A stretch of 64,000 bases of DNA, taken from an uncultured Bdellovibrionales bacterium. Lineage in GTDB: Bacteria; Patescibacteriota; Minisyncoccia; Moranbacterales; GWC2-37-73. Shown here piece after piece: positions 50,134 to 60,505 of the stretch (positions within the stretch are counted from its first letter, which is position 1; each line of letters begins with the position of its first letter). The position numbers and the translations under genes are program-made. The notes under the pieces were generated by a model that had not been told where the DNA came from, did not search any database, and saw nothing but the letters and a program-made list of their open reading frames with translations. The stretch covers positions 37,044 through 101,043 of the forward strand of contig CAZAFB010000003.1 in NCBI GenBank assembly GCA_964484505.1, read 5' to 3'.

Positions 50134-51228
50134 ATGAGTAGTATGAATATTGCAAAGCCAAGTGCGAAAATACTTTTTGTAACTAGGGGCAGATCATCGA
50201 GGGGTGGTCATGTGGTTTTAGTAAATATAGTCAGAGAATTGCGTAAAGAAGGGTATGATGTGACACTGACAGTCTTTGAATCAAAGAAGCAGATGAAGAA
50301 AGTTGTTCCATACTGGGAAAGTATGGACGTTAATTTTGTGGAAATTCCGCATTTGAAAGAACGAAATTCGGAACAAATTGAACATGTTAAAGCTATATCT
50401 AAATATATTCGGGAAAACGTGGATAGCTTTGATAAAATAATTTTAGACAGTTGGATTACAGCGTTGGCTGTGGCACGAGAATATATATTTTCAGACAAGA
50501 TATGGCAGCTCGTGCAAAGTGATCCTCTTTTTGTTCCAGAAAATGAATCAGTATTTTGGAAGGCGGAGTTGCTTGGTTTATTGCCGCTTACTCCTATGAA
50601 CAGAATCATTGTTTCTGAAACATTAGCAAAGCATCTTAGCAAAAGATATAAAAAAAAGTTCGAATATCTCAGTTTGTTTTTGGATGAGAATTATTTAAAA
50701 TGTAAATTTGATGTTGGGGAAAGTGAAATCTTGAAAATAGTTTCATCAAGTGCAACTTTTAATATCCCAACTAAGGGACTTGATTTTTTGTTGGATCAAT
50801 TGAAAAAAATTAAAGATTTTAAATTCGAGTTAACCCTTATTTCCGGGGAAAAAATAGAAAAAGATTTAAGCGAGTATCCTTTTCCTATTAAAATAACAAG
50901 TACGAAAAACTCACTTGAAATGGCTCAGGAACTTTGTAAGCACGATGTTTATGCAAATACATCAACAAAAGAATCTTTTTGTTTGGCACTTGCTGAAGCA
51001 ATCGCAATCGGAATGCCTGCAATTGCGCTTGATTCCATAGGAAATCGCGAATATATGGATGGAAATAATGCAATCTTCGTTGATAATCCTAAAGATTTTA
51101 TTACAGGACTTTTAAAAATGAAAGATGTAAAATTTAGGAAAGGGCTGAACGTAAAAGCAAGAGAAAGCATGAAAAAATACAAGATAAAAAACACAATCAA
51201 AGAATTTAAAAAAATCATTGAAATATAA
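50134..51228 (+). CDS. Glycosyltransferase, GT4-like
   Basis: ESFCLALAEAIAIG.P motif (E-x7-E). Confidence 0.85.
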   Translation: MSSMNIAKPSAKILFVTRGRSSRGGHVVLVNIVRELRKEGYDVTLTVFESKKQMKKVVPYWESMDVNFVEIPHLKERNSEQIEHVKAISKYIRENVDSFDKIILDSWITALAVAREYIFSDKIWQLVQSDPLFVPENESVFWKAELLGLLPLTPMNRIIVSETLAKHLSKRYKKKFEYLSLFLDENYLKCKFDVGESEILKIVSSSATFNIPTKGLDFLLDQLKKIKDFKFELTLISGEKIEKDLSEYPFPIKITSTKNSLEMAQELCKHDVYANTSTKESFCLALAEAIAIGMPAIALDSIGNREYMDGNNAIFVDNPKDFITGLLKMKDVKFRKGLNVKARESMKKYKIKNTIKEFKKIIEI

Positions 51229-51329
51229 AAAAGTTTTATTTGTGTTGGAATGTGAATGAAGTAAAAATAAATTTTTATTTTAGAATCTGGTCATTATTAT
51301 GAGATAATGTCAAAATTCTACTACTGAAT

Positions 51330-51578
51330 ATGCAGTGTAAAAGAGAAGAGAATTTGGCGAATTGCCCATGCAGTTATCCTGACTGTCCGCGAAAGGGCAA
51401 GTGCTGTGATTGCGTGAGTCATCATCGGGAAAAGGGTGGGATCCCGGCGTGTTTTTTTCCGATTGAGGCGGAAACGGAAACAATGAATGATCGCAGCGTG
51501 GAAAGTTTCATCAAGGCGTATCAGAAATCAAAGGGAACGAATAATGCGGAGGTTCTTAATGTGGATGAAATTATCTGA
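51330..51578 (+). CDS. Small Cys-rich protein (DUF6485-like)
   Basis: C.C.Y..C.RKG.CC.CV..H......P.CFF pattern. Confidence 0.7.
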   Translation: MQCKREENLANCPCSYPDCPRKGKCCDCVSHHREKGGIPACFFPIEAETETMNDRSVESFIKAYQKSKGTNNAEVLNVDEII

Positions 51579-51615
51579 TTATACACGAATCTACAAATTA
51601 ACTGCGAATCTACAA

Positions 51616-52725
51616 ATGAAAAATCTTTTGATAAAAGTGGCGATTTGGTTGGTGGTGGTGAATGTGTTTGCGTTTGCCGCGCTGAATCGTTTTAATCTTG
51701 AGCCTGACACGGCATATACTTGGATCACACCTTGGAGTTTTCCGGTGCCGCACGAATCAGGATTGGTGGACATGCATAATCGCTGGGATTCCTATTGGTA
51801 TCACGACATCGTGCAGAATGGCTATTATTCACGTGGTGATGGGCAATTAGCGAACGTGGTTTTCTTTCCGCTTTATCCATTCCTCATCAAAGTGATGATG
51901 CTTTTCACTTTTGGTAATTTTTCTTTGGCTGGGTGGCTCGTGAGCACCATTTTCCTTTTTCTTTCGTGCGCATATATCTATAAATTCGTCAAAGAATTTC
52001 ACAAAGATGTCGATCCGGAATTGCCGGTTTTGCTCATGCTCATTTTTCCGACAGCCTTTTTTCTGAATGTCATTTACACTGAATCGACTTTTTTGTTCAT
52101 GACGATCGCGACTTTTTACTGGGCATTCAAAAAGAATTTCAAACTAGCGGCATTGTTTGCATTTTTGGGCGCGCTGACTCACAGTAATGGCATGTTTTTG
52201 GCGCTGCCGGTTTTGTGGAAAATGTGGGAGAATGTCGGCTGGAAAAATTGGAAAAGCTTGCTTTCTTGGAAATCTTGGCCGATTTTAGTTGCACCATTGG
52301 GGACGTTTCTTTTCGTGGCATATGATTATTTGAAATTCAAAGATCCGATGCTGTTCTTCAAAATCCAGAGCGCTTGGGGAAGATCATTTTCCATCAATTG
52401 GGATCATTTCTCCCTTTTTTCACACCCGTCGATCACCAACATGTATATCGATATTGCGCTGGCAATATTCATTATTGCAGCGACAATATTGATTTGGAAA
52501 AAACTTTCGCCGCTTTATGCGCTGTTCATGTCCGCCACGCTGTTTGCGGCATTTTCATCCGGAACCTTGATGAGCGTGGGGAGGTATAGTCTGACAATGT
52601 TTCCACTTTTCATATTACTAGCCAAAATCAAAAATAAAAACGCCATGTTCGCCTGGTGTCTTATCTCAGGTTTGTTTTTCGCTCTGGATATTATTTTGTG
52701 GGTGAATAATTATTGGGCGGGGTAA
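51616..52725 (+). CDS. GT-C mannosyltransferase-like (PIG-V-like) membrane protein
   Basis: RWDSYWY.DI.Q.GY, FFPLYP, YTESTF, multiple TM segments. Confidence 0.85.
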   Translation: MKNLLIKVAIWLVVVNVFAFAALNRFNLEPDTAYTWITPWSFPVPHESGLVDMHNRWDSYWYHDIVQNGYYSRGDGQLANVVFFPLYPFLIKVMMLFTFGNFSLAGWLVSTIFLFLSCAYIYKFVKEFHKDVDPELPVLLMLIFPTAFFLNVIYTESTFLFMTIATFYWAFKKNFKLAALFAFLGALTHSNGMFLALPVLWKMWENVGWKNWKSLLSWKSWPILVAPLGTFLFVAYDYLKFKDPMLFFKIQSAWGRSFSINWDHFSLFSHPSITNMYIDIALAIFIIAATILIWKKLSPLYALFMSATLFAAFSSGTLMSVGRYSLTMFPLFILLAKIKNKNAMFAWCLISGLFFALDIILWVNNYWAG

Positions 52726-52770
52726 AAATTAGCTTATAGCCTCACTAGCTTTTAGCTTTTAGAAAAATGT

Positions 52771-53439
52771 ATGAAGAAAGTTTCCAAAAAACTAATGGGG
52801 GATATTGAGGTGGAGGCAAAAAAATATTTTGAAGGTGCTAGTGGGTGCCATGATTGGTCGCATATTGAGCGTGTGCGAAAATTAGCCTTGCATATCGGAA
52901 AAAATGAAAAAGCGGATTTGGGAATTTTGGAAATTGCGGTATTACTTCATGATATCGGTCGCAAAGGAGAAATGAAGGCAAAAGGAATTTTTTGCCATGC
53001 AGAAGCTGGGGCGAGGACAGCTCGTAAAATTTTGAAGAAATACAAATTTAAAGAAGATCAAATTGAGAAAATCACACATTGTATTGAAGCGCATCGTTAT
53101 AGAAACGCTCATGTTCCACAAACAATTGAAGCCAAGGCTTTATATGATTCCGATAAACTGGATTCTATTGGTGCCATAGGTGTAGCGCGTGATTTTCTTT
53201 TTGCTGGAAATGCGGGATCAAATTGTTTGTATACGGGAAATGAAAAAAAATTGGCTAAAAGTGGCAAGGATTACTCATATACAAAAGAAGATTCTGCCAT
53301 TCTGGAATATGAAATAAAATTAAAGCGCATCAAAGACAAAATACTTACAAAAACAGGAAAGCAGATAGCCAAAGAGCGACATAAATTTATGAAGCAATAT
53401 TTCGAAAGATTTTGGAAAGAAGTTGAAGGTAAAATTTAA
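52771..53439 (+). CDS. HD-domain phosphohydrolase
   Basis: HDWSH..RV, LLHDIGR, D.DKLD.IGA.G.AR. Confidence 0.92.
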   Translation: MKKVSKKLMGDIEVEAKKYFEGASGCHDWSHIERVRKLALHIGKNEKADLGILEIAVLLHDIGRKGEMKAKGIFCHAEAGARTARKILKKYKFKEDQIEKITHCIEAHRYRNAHVPQTIEAKALYDSDKLDSIGAIGVARDFLFAGNAGSNCLYTGNEKKLAKSGKDYSYTKEDSAILEYEIKLKRIKDKILTKTGKQIAKERHKFMKQYFERFWKEVEGKI

Positions 53440-53451
53440 ATTTTAAAAAAC

Positions 53452-53684
53452 ATGCAAATCGAATACGAGGCTACGTTTTCTGATATCGATAAAGATGAAA
53501 TTCGCGGAAGATTAAAATCTGTCGGTGCCGAGTTAGTGAAGCCGGAATTTATGCAAAAGCGGTTTTTGGCGCGGTCGATCAGCAATACAAGGAAAAATAT
53601 GGCATTTCAGAAGAAATTATCAACAATGTGATTTTGGAAATAACGTTCAATGGTGAAAATCCGTTTGTCAAATTCAAAAAATAA
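53452..53684 (+). pseudogene. CYTH-domain gene remnant with internal deletion/frameshift
   Basis: MQIEYEATF..IDKDEIR.RLK..GA (ExE CYTH-type start) joined out of frame to a short C-terminal piece. Confidence 0.55.
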
Positions 53685-53689
53685 AAATT

Positions 53690-54727
53690 ATGCGGAGGTT
53701 GAAACAGGGGGTGAGAGAAATTAAGCACGTTTTGGTAGAAAATAAAATTTTTAAGCGCCCTTTGATCAAAAGATTTTGCAGTAAGCGATTTATGCCGCTA
53801 CGCATTTTTTTAGTCGTAGTTGCTTGTTCTGTGGTCGCCTTTAGTTATCAGCAAAAAAATCTTGATACTATATATGCGAATTACCCATTACCTAAGCCGC
53901 AGGAAATCGTTTCCTATCCCGATGCAAAATTGTCTATTGGGCTGATCAATGACATTCATGCGCTAGCCAAAAGTTATGGCAAGGGATACATACTCTCACC
54001 AAGATATAAACTAACAGTGGAAGAATTCACAGAGACAATGCGCGATGATTTCAAGCCTGATTTCATGGTGGCAAATGGCGATGTGATTGATGGCACCTAT
54101 CAGGAACCGAACGAGGGCATGGCTATTCTTGGTATGCTCAAGACAATTTTTGAAAAGGCGGGAATGCCGGCATATTGGGTTATTGGAAATCACGATTTAC
54201 GCAGTCTCAGTGACGAGCAATGGTTGTCTGCATTAGAAATAGATTATTTAGACAAGGCTTTTTTCGTCGGTGATTACAAAATTATTCTGATGGATAGTCA
54301 ATATAGCTCTGGTGGAAGAATTGAGGGGGATGATGAAAAAAGTTCGGATGGTATTCTGTTTAGTGATAAACAGAAAAAATGGTTAGAAAAGGAGCTTCAA
54401 AATACTCGTAAAATTCCGGTCGTATTTATGCACAACCCGCCTTTTGAATATATAGATAATAAACCCTGCGGCGCCAGTGCCCAGGAAGCTGCTTATTTAC
54501 AGGATATGTTTGCGCGCTATCATGTAGCGGCGGTATTCGCGGGGCATATTGAAAAACTTTTTCACCAAAAGATTGGCGGGGTTGATTATTATGTTCTTCC
54601 TGGAATTAAAAAAAATGGTGTTTATTTTGGCACTTTTTCTGAAATAACAATGACGCGCAGGCACGCTGAAGTCGATCTGTTCTATCGCGATGCGGCTAAT
54701 AATGAGAAGATTGAGAGGGTGGAATAG
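53690..54727 (+). CDS. Calcineurin-like metallophosphoesterase
   Basis: DIH, GDVID, GNHD, GH.E motifs; N-terminal TM. Confidence 0.9.
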   Translation: MRRLKQGVREIKHVLVENKIFKRPLIKRFCSKRFMPLRIFLVVVACSVVAFSYQQKNLDTIYANYPLPKPQEIVSYPDAKLSIGLINDIHALAKSYGKGYILSPRYKLTVEEFTETMRDDFKPDFMVANGDVIDGTYQEPNEGMAILGMLKTIFEKAGMPAYWVIGNHDLRSLSDEQWLSALEIDYLDKAFFVGDYKIILMDSQYSSGGRIEGDDEKSSDGILFSDKQKKWLEKELQNTRKIPVVFMHNPPFEYIDNKPCGASAQEAAYLQDMFARYHVAAVFAGHIEKLFHQKIGGVDYYVLPGIKKNGVYFGTFSEITMTRRHAEVDLFYRDAANNEKIERVE

Positions 54728-54897
54728 ATTAGGGCTTATGCGTTTACCAATTTTTCAGGTGTTTCAAAAAGCTCCACTTTTTGAGTAGCTTATGCCTTGT
54801 CTAAAGTCGAGCTTTGGGCAAAGTCAGAATTTCTAAACATATAGGTGTTATATTCGTACATTTGTATTTTTGTAACATTTTGTAATTTTATAGAACA

Positions 54898-55305
54898 ATG
54901 AAAAGAGTTCTTGTTTTCGGCACGTTCGACATTTTCCACGAGGGACATCGTGATTTTTTGCGGCAGGCAAGAAAGTACGGCGATTTTTTGTGCGCCGTGG
55001 TGGCGCGCGATGCTACGGTGGTTGAAGTGAAAGGCATTCCGCCGCAAAATGACGAACAAATCAGACTTGCCACTTTGAAAAACAGTGGCTTGGTTGATGA
55101 AGTGATGTTGGGAAGTTTGGATGATAAATATGAAGTGATAAAAAAATATGCCCCGGATGTGATTTGTCTTGGTTATGATCAGAAATTTTTTATAGATAAT
55201 TTGCGAGGCAAACTAGATAAATTGGGCTTGCAAAATACGAAAATCATAAAATTGAAACCGTATCATCCAGAGGAATATAAATCTTCAAAATTAAGAAATC
55301 ATTGA
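54898..55305 (+). CDS. Cytidylyltransferase-family protein (FAD synthase-like)
   Basis: GTFD.FHEGH, VARD, PD.I.LGYDQ, KSS. Confidence 0.85.
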   Translation: MKRVLVFGTFDIFHEGHRDFLRQARKYGDFLCAVVARDATVVEVKGIPPQNDEQIRLATLKNSGLVDEVMLGSLDDKYEVIKKYAPDVICLGYDQKFFIDNLRGKLDKLGLQNTKIIKLKPYHPEEYKSSKLRNH

Positions 55306-55466
55306 GAAGCGACTCTAATACGCGAATGCGTCACCCTAATGACTCGAATGCAAAATACGCATAATCTGCAAGACAAATGTGCGCGTACTTAAATGCTTTT
55401 ATGCTTGTATGATTGTATGTTTCATAAAAAGTGAAATATGAAAAAATTTTCTTTGTAGTATATGAC

Positions 55467-55603
55467 AGGTTCGTAGTTCAGTGGCAGAGCAGCATCCCGG
55501 GTGAAATGAAGAGTGGTTGATGGACAAAAAGGGGGAATTTAGATTGTCGAACAACCTCTCCGTGTGGGAAGCTACGTCGCTGGTTCGATTCCAGCCGAAC
55601 CAA
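55467..55603 (+). ncRNA. tRNA-like RNA with ~70-nt insert in the anticodon arm
   Basis: GGTTCG/CGAACC acceptor, TA-GTTC-AGTGGCA-GAGC D arm, GCTGG-TTCGATT-CCAGC T arm; downstream terminator-like hairpin. Confidence 0.65.
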
Positions 55604-55664
55604 CAATTTTAAACGGCATTCTTGCAGGGAGCCGTTTTTTGGCATAAAATAAGGATGTATATTC

Positions 55665-55812
55665 ACCCCGTTAAATAATCCATAAATTCTTTCCAGGAAT
55701 ATATGGATTAAGATTTGATTGACGGGGCGCTGTATTCGTGTTTAAAATATTTTTAAAATTTATTTTTATAAGTTGCTTTCTTTTATAGAAATCAAATCTT
55801 ATTTAACAGGGT
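55665..55812. repeat. ACCCCGTTAAAT / ATTTAAC(A/G)GGG TIR element abutting the serS start
   Basis: accccgttaaataa ... ttatttaacagggt; short copy at 57224-57263. Confidence 0.65.
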
Positions 55813-55814
55813 AA

Positions 55815-57146
55815 ATGTTAGACATCAAATTTATCAGGGAAAACAAGGAAAAAATCATGGAAGCTGCGATCAGGAAAAACATTGACCTGAACGTGGAAGC
55901 GCTTTTGGAAATTGACGCGCAAAGAGTTGCCTTGATGCAAGAAATCGAAGAACTTAATTCGCTCAAAAATGACATCAATGATTTGATCAAGCAATCGAAG
56001 GACGAAAGTGAGCGCGCAGAAATCATTGAAAAGGGTAAGGAAATAAAAGCAAAATTAGAAGAAAAAGAACCGCGCTACAAAGAAGTGAAACAAATGTTTG
56101 ACACGTTCATGGTGCAAGTGCCAAACATTATTTCTGAAGACACGCCAATTGGCAGGGGAGAGGAAGAAAATGTTGAAGTTGAAAAATGGGGCGAAGTTCC
56201 AAATTTTAATTTTACGCCAAAAGATCATATCCAGCTCGGAAAAGATTTGGACGTGTTGGATTTGGAAAAGGGTGCTAAAATTGCCGGATATCGGGGGTAT
56301 TATGTAAAGAACGAAGGCGTTTCTTTGATGATGGCGCTGATGATGTATGCCTTGAACAAGATGATAGAGAGGGGCTACACGCCGATGATTCCGCCGACAT
56401 TGGTAAAAGGATTCACCTTGTTCGGCACGGGATATTTCAAAGGATCTGAATATGATCCCAAGGATGACAATGTCTATCAGCTTGCCTCACGCGACGAAGA
56501 AGCTGACGGGAAAGAAACAAAAGAACGAAAATTTTTGGTGGGAACGGCGGAGCCTTCACTTTTGGCATATTTTTCAGACGAAGTTTTAAAAGAAGATCAA
56601 TTGCCGATCAAGGTTGCTGGATATTCGCAGTGCTATCGCTCCGAGATCGGTACATATGGCAAAGATACACGTGGCTTCTATCGTGTGCATGAATTTATGA
56701 AAGTGGAACAAGTCGTGCTGATGGCGGCGGATGAAAAGGAGTCGATCAAAATGCATGATGATATGTTTGCGATCTCCAAAGAGATTCATCAGGAACTTGG
56801 CTTGCCATATCGCGCTTTGCAAATTTGCTCAGGAGACATGTCTGCTGGAAAATATCGTGCGTTTGATATTGAAGCTTGGATGCCGGGACTCAATCGTTGG
56901 GGCGAAACGGGATCAGCTTCAAACTTTTTGGATTGGCAGGCGCGTCGTTTGAATGTGAAATATGTGGACAAAGATGGTAATCGCAAGCATGTCTATATGC
57001 TTAACAATACCGTGCTTCCTTCGCCGCGTCCGTTCATCGCGATTTTGGAAAACTTTCAACAAGCCGACGGCTCGGTTGTTATTCCGGAAGTTTTGAGGAA
57101 ATATATGCCGGGAGGGATGGAAAGAATTTTACCTAAAAAAGCCTAG
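55815..57146 (+). CDS. serS: Seryl-tRNA synthetase
   Basis: MLDIKFIREN, GTAE, YRSE...DTRG..RVHEF.KVE, DIEAWMP, D.QARRL. Confidence 0.98.
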   Translation: MLDIKFIRENKEKIMEAAIRKNIDLNVEALLEIDAQRVALMQEIEELNSLKNDINDLIKQSKDESERAEIIEKGKEIKAKLEEKEPRYKEVKQMFDTFMVQVPNIISEDTPIGRGEEENVEVEKWGEVPNFNFTPKDHIQLGKDLDVLDLEKGAKIAGYRGYYVKNEGVSLMMALMMYALNKMIERGYTPMIPPTLVKGFTLFGTGYFKGSEYDPKDDNVYQLASRDEEADGKETKERKFLVGTAEPSLLAYFSDEVLKEDQLPIKVAGYSQCYRSEIGTYGKDTRGFYRVHEFMKVEQVVLMAADEKESIKMHDDMFAISKEIHQELGLPYRALQICSGDMSAGKYRAFDIEAWMPGLNRWGETGSASNFLDWQARRLNVKYVDKDGNRKHVYMLNNTVLPSPRPFIAILENFQQADGSVVIPEVLRKYMPGGMERILPKKA

Positions 57147-57270
57147 TTTTGGAGTTATCCACAGAGAAAGGGTTGAGTGATTTTTGTTATAGTGATAAAA
57201 TATCACTATAATCCATAAAATATACCCCAGTTAAATGTTGTACTTCGTGCAATTTAACGGGGCAAGCAAC

Positions 57271-58095
57271 ATGGAAAACACAAAAATCGTTTTATTTAGA
57301 GGAAAGGGAATTAGAAAGACTATTTACAAAAATGAATGGTATTTCTCAGTCGTTGATATTATTGAATCTCTGACTGATTCAAAAAACGCTACAGATTATT
57401 TAAAAAAATTGCGCAAGAGAGATGTGGAAGTCGGATCGTACATAGGGACAAATTGTCCCCAGGTAGAAATGGAAACTGAAACTGGCAAAAAAAGAAAAAC
57501 ACTTGCGGGCAATGTTGAGCAGCTGTTTCGTATCATACAATCGATTCCATCGCCGAAAGCGGAACCAATCAAACGTTGGTTAGCAAAAACAGGATATGAA
57601 AGAATAGAGGAAATCGAAAATCCGGAATTGGCGACGAAGCGGACAAGGGTTCTGTATAAGCTCAAAGGATATTCGGATGATTGGATTGAAAAGCGGGTGC
57701 GGGGAATTGCAATTCGTGAAGAATTGACTGACGAATGGAAAAACCGCGGAGCTGACGAGCAAAGAGATTATGAAATTTTGACTGCGGAAATTTCCAAAGC
57801 TACTTTTGGGATTACGCCCAGTGAATACAAAAAACACAAGGGGCTGGAGCGTGAAAATTTGCGTGACCACATGGACGATTTCGAATTGATCTTCACAATG
57901 CTTGGTGAAAGATCAACCACGGAGATTCATCGCACGGAAAATTCGAAAGGTGTTGCAAAATTGAAGGCTGATGCCAAGGCAGGTGGAGATATTGCAGGTG
58001 GGGCGAGGAAAAAGTTGGAAAAAAGATTGGGCAGATCAATTGTTACTAAGGATAATTATCTCAAAAAACCTCAAAATAAGAAATTGTTGAAATAA
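57271..58095 (+). CDS. BRO-N domain (phage antirepressor-like) protein
   Basis: IRK....EWYFSVVDI...LTDS, RIIQSIPSPKAEP.K.WLA, ENLRDHM. Confidence 0.85.
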   Translation: MENTKIVLFRGKGIRKTIYKNEWYFSVVDIIESLTDSKNATDYLKKLRKRDVEVGSYIGTNCPQVEMETETGKKRKTLAGNVEQLFRIIQSIPSPKAEPIKRWLAKTGYERIEEIENPELATKRTRVLYKLKGYSDDWIEKRVRGIAIREELTDEWKNRGADEQRDYEILTAEISKATFGITPSEYKKHKGLERENLRDHMDDFELIFTMLGERSTTEIHRTENSKGVAKLKADAKAGGDIAGGARKKLEKRLGRSIVTKDNYLKKPQNKKLLK

Positions 58096-58281
58096 AATAT
58101 GCAACTGGAAAACAACAATACAAAATTTCGAAGGATTGGTTAGACTATAAAATATGAATAAAATACGGAGCTAAAGATATGGTTCACATCCGGGTTTTCT
58201 GGTTGTAGAGTGTAGTAAAAAGGAGTATAATTTGGGCATGAGTCTACTTTGATTGTTTTGGCCGCAAGGGGGTTTCGAAGT

Positions 58282-59166
58282 ATGGAAAAAACAAACGATG
58301 TGGAAGAAGATTTCTATGCAGAAGCCTTTTCTCGCAACATTGGGCTGTTTTCTCCCAAAGAACAAGGTATTTTGCGGGAATCTACAGTTGCCATAGCTGG
58401 CTTGGGTGGCGTTGGTGGCAATTATTGTCTTAGTTTGGCGCGCACGGGAGTGGGCGGTTTTTCGCTTGCGGATTTTGACACTTTTGAACTTGCTAATACA
58501 AATAGGCAGGCCGGGGCTGACACTCAAAGCATGGGAAGAGAAAAATGTATCGTGATGGCGGAAAAGGTAAGGTTGATAAATCCACATGCCAGAATAAGGC
58601 AGTTCAACAAGGGAATAAGTAGTGAAAATGTGGACGAATTTCTTGAAGGCGCCAAAGTGGTTTTGGATGGGCTTGATTTTTTTGCCATAAGAGAAAGAGT
58701 GATGCTTTTCAAAAAGGCCAGGGAAAAAGGAATTTTTGCCATAACTTCTCCGCCAATTGGTTTTGGAGCCGCGCTTTTGGTTTTTGATCCCAAGGGCATG
58801 AATTTTGAGGAATATTTTGATATTTGTGATGGAATGGATGAAAAAGAAATGCTTTTTCGTTTTGGTTTGGGTTTGAGTCCTTCTCTGATTCAGCGAAAAT
58901 ATTTCAAGCCGGAATCGATTGATTTTTCTGGCAAAAAAACACCTTCACTTGGGATAGGTACCCAAGCCTGCAATAATTTAGTCTGTTGTGAAACAGCCAA
59001 GGTCATTTTGGGAAAAAGAGTACGTAGTGTGCCTTTTTCAACACACTTCGATCCATATGTACAAAAATACAAAAAAATAACACTCTGGGGCGGCAATCGT
59101 AATCCCAAACAATTGCTCAAGAGAATGATTTTTAGAAAAATTCTCAAGAAAAAAGGAATGATATGA
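58282..59166 (+). CDS. ThiF/E1-like adenylyltransferase
   Basis: FSRNIGL, IAGLGGVGG, ADFDTFE.AN.NRQ, DGLD. Confidence 0.92.
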   Translation: MEKTNDVEEDFYAEAFSRNIGLFSPKEQGILRESTVAIAGLGGVGGNYCLSLARTGVGGFSLADFDTFELANTNRQAGADTQSMGREKCIVMAEKVRLINPHARIRQFNKGISSENVDEFLEGAKVVLDGLDFFAIRERVMLFKKAREKGIFAITSPPIGFGAALLVFDPKGMNFEEYFDICDGMDEKEMLFRFGLGLSPSLIQRKYFKPESIDFSGKKTPSLGIGTQACNNLVCCETAKVILGKRVRSVPFSTHFDPYVQKYKKITLWGGNRNPKQLLKRMIFRKILKKKGMI

Positions 59167-59795
59167 AGAAGAAATTCAAGAAAAAAATAGCCGATTTGTT
59201 CATCGCGTTTAATCAAATATTGGTTTATGTGATATTTTCCCGTCTTTTGCGCTATTATTTTCGTGCCAATAAAAAGGTCGCTGCTTCCATAGGGGAATTG
59301 AAAAAAGGATCCTTGATTGTCGCAAACCATCAATCAATTCTTGATCCCTTCATAATATTGTCGCACCTCCCTTTGAAATCTTTTTTGCGGACTATTCCGG
59401 TTAGATTTCCGACTAAGCATTCATATTACAAATACCTTCGTTTGCTGGCATTTGTGGGAGCATTTGATATTGGCGATCAAAACAGGGAACGCATGCTCGG
59501 CCTTTTTCGCACGCGACAATACCTTGTGGATGGCAAAAGCATCATGCTTTTTCCCGAAGGAAAGATCTGCACAAATGCGGAAGCTGGAATAGATGAATTT
59601 CAAAAAGGCATAACTTTTTTAACCGATGTGGCAAAAAACGTGCTTTTTGTGCGAATGGAAGGATTTCATCGTAGTGATTGGTTGAAGATCATGAAAAAGC
59701 GTAGAAGCATGGCTTTTAGTGAAATATGCCAGATGAAAGGAGAAAATAAAAATCCCGATGTATTAAAGGAATATATGGAGCAACTCTCTGTTTAA
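59163..59795 (+). CDS. PlsC-like acyltransferase
   Basis: NHQSILD (HX4D) and FPEG motifs. Confidence 0.88.
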   Translation: MKKKFKKKIADLFIAFNQILVYVIFSRLLRYYFRANKKVAASIGELKKGSLIVANHQSILDPFIILSHLPLKSFLRTIPVRFPTKHSYYKYLRLLAFVGAFDIGDQNRERMLGLFRTRQYLVDGKSIMLFPEGKICTNAEAGIDEFQKGITFLTDVAKNVLFVRMEGFHRSDWLKIMKKRRSMAFSEICQMKGENKNPDVLKEYMEQLSV

Positions 59796-59810
59796 AAGAA
59801 AATAGAGCAT

Positions 59811-60494
59811 ATGGTAGTGGCTGAATGTTTTTATGACAAAATCGATTTTCACGAAGCGCATCTTTCTCCAAGAGAAAAAGTCATTTTTAGTGGTGCAAAT
59901 AGGGACAAAAAGAGAACCTGGCTTTCCGGCAGGATCGCTGCAAAAAGAGCATTTCAAAAGCATGTGGCTTTGGAATTTGGGATAAGTCCCAAGTTGGAGG
60001 AAGTGGAAGTTTCTTGCGATATACATGGCAAGCCGAAAATTTCTTTTATTGATAACCATGACAAATTCGGCTCTTATTGCGAAACTGATTTATCGATAGC
60101 ACATGCGGACGGCCTGGCCATGGCTGCTGTTTCCAGAATTAAAGATTTCGGATTGGTCGGGATAGATATTGAAAAAAAACGGTTTTTTAAAACATCAATA
60201 GCCGATGCTTTTTTATCGGCGAATGAGCTTGATTTTATAGCTGATTCCGCAAATGATGGCGATATCCTCAAGACAGTTTTCTGGTGCATAAAGGAAGCCT
60301 ACTTGAAGGCCAAGGGAATAGGCTTGAGGCAACATCCCGCAACCATACAAGTTTCGTCGCCTCTTAGCGGCAAGGGAAAGGTGTTTGATGAAAAAGACTC
60401 TTCCGCGGAAGCTTTTTTTCATGTCTTCCGCTGCTATGAAGATTTTTTTGTGGCAATTGTAAACATAAAAAATAGGGAACAAATCAATTTATAA
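59811..60494 (+). CDS. Sfp-type 4'-phosphopantetheinyl transferase
   Basis: GR.AAK, GKP, SIAH, GIDIE, WCIKEAYLKA.G.G. Confidence 0.93.
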   Translation: MVVAECFYDKIDFHEAHLSPREKVIFSGANRDKKRTWLSGRIAAKRAFQKHVALEFGISPKLEEVEVSCDIHGKPKISFIDNHDKFGSYCETDLSIAHADGLAMAAVSRIKDFGLVGIDIEKKRFFKTSIADAFLSANELDFIADSANDGDILKTVFWCIKEAYLKAKGIGLRQHPATIQVSSPLSGKGKVFDEKDSSAEAFFHVFRCYEDFFVAIVNIKNREQINL

Positions 60495-60505
60495 AATACG
60501 AAAGT

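Noticed and set aside
55467-55812. T-box riboswitch or tmRNA upstream of serS
   Set aside because: No T-box consensus seen; a full D stem and the short length do not fit tmRNA.
57271-58095. Prophage inferred from the BRO-N gene
   Set aside because: No integrase, structural or replication genes nearby.
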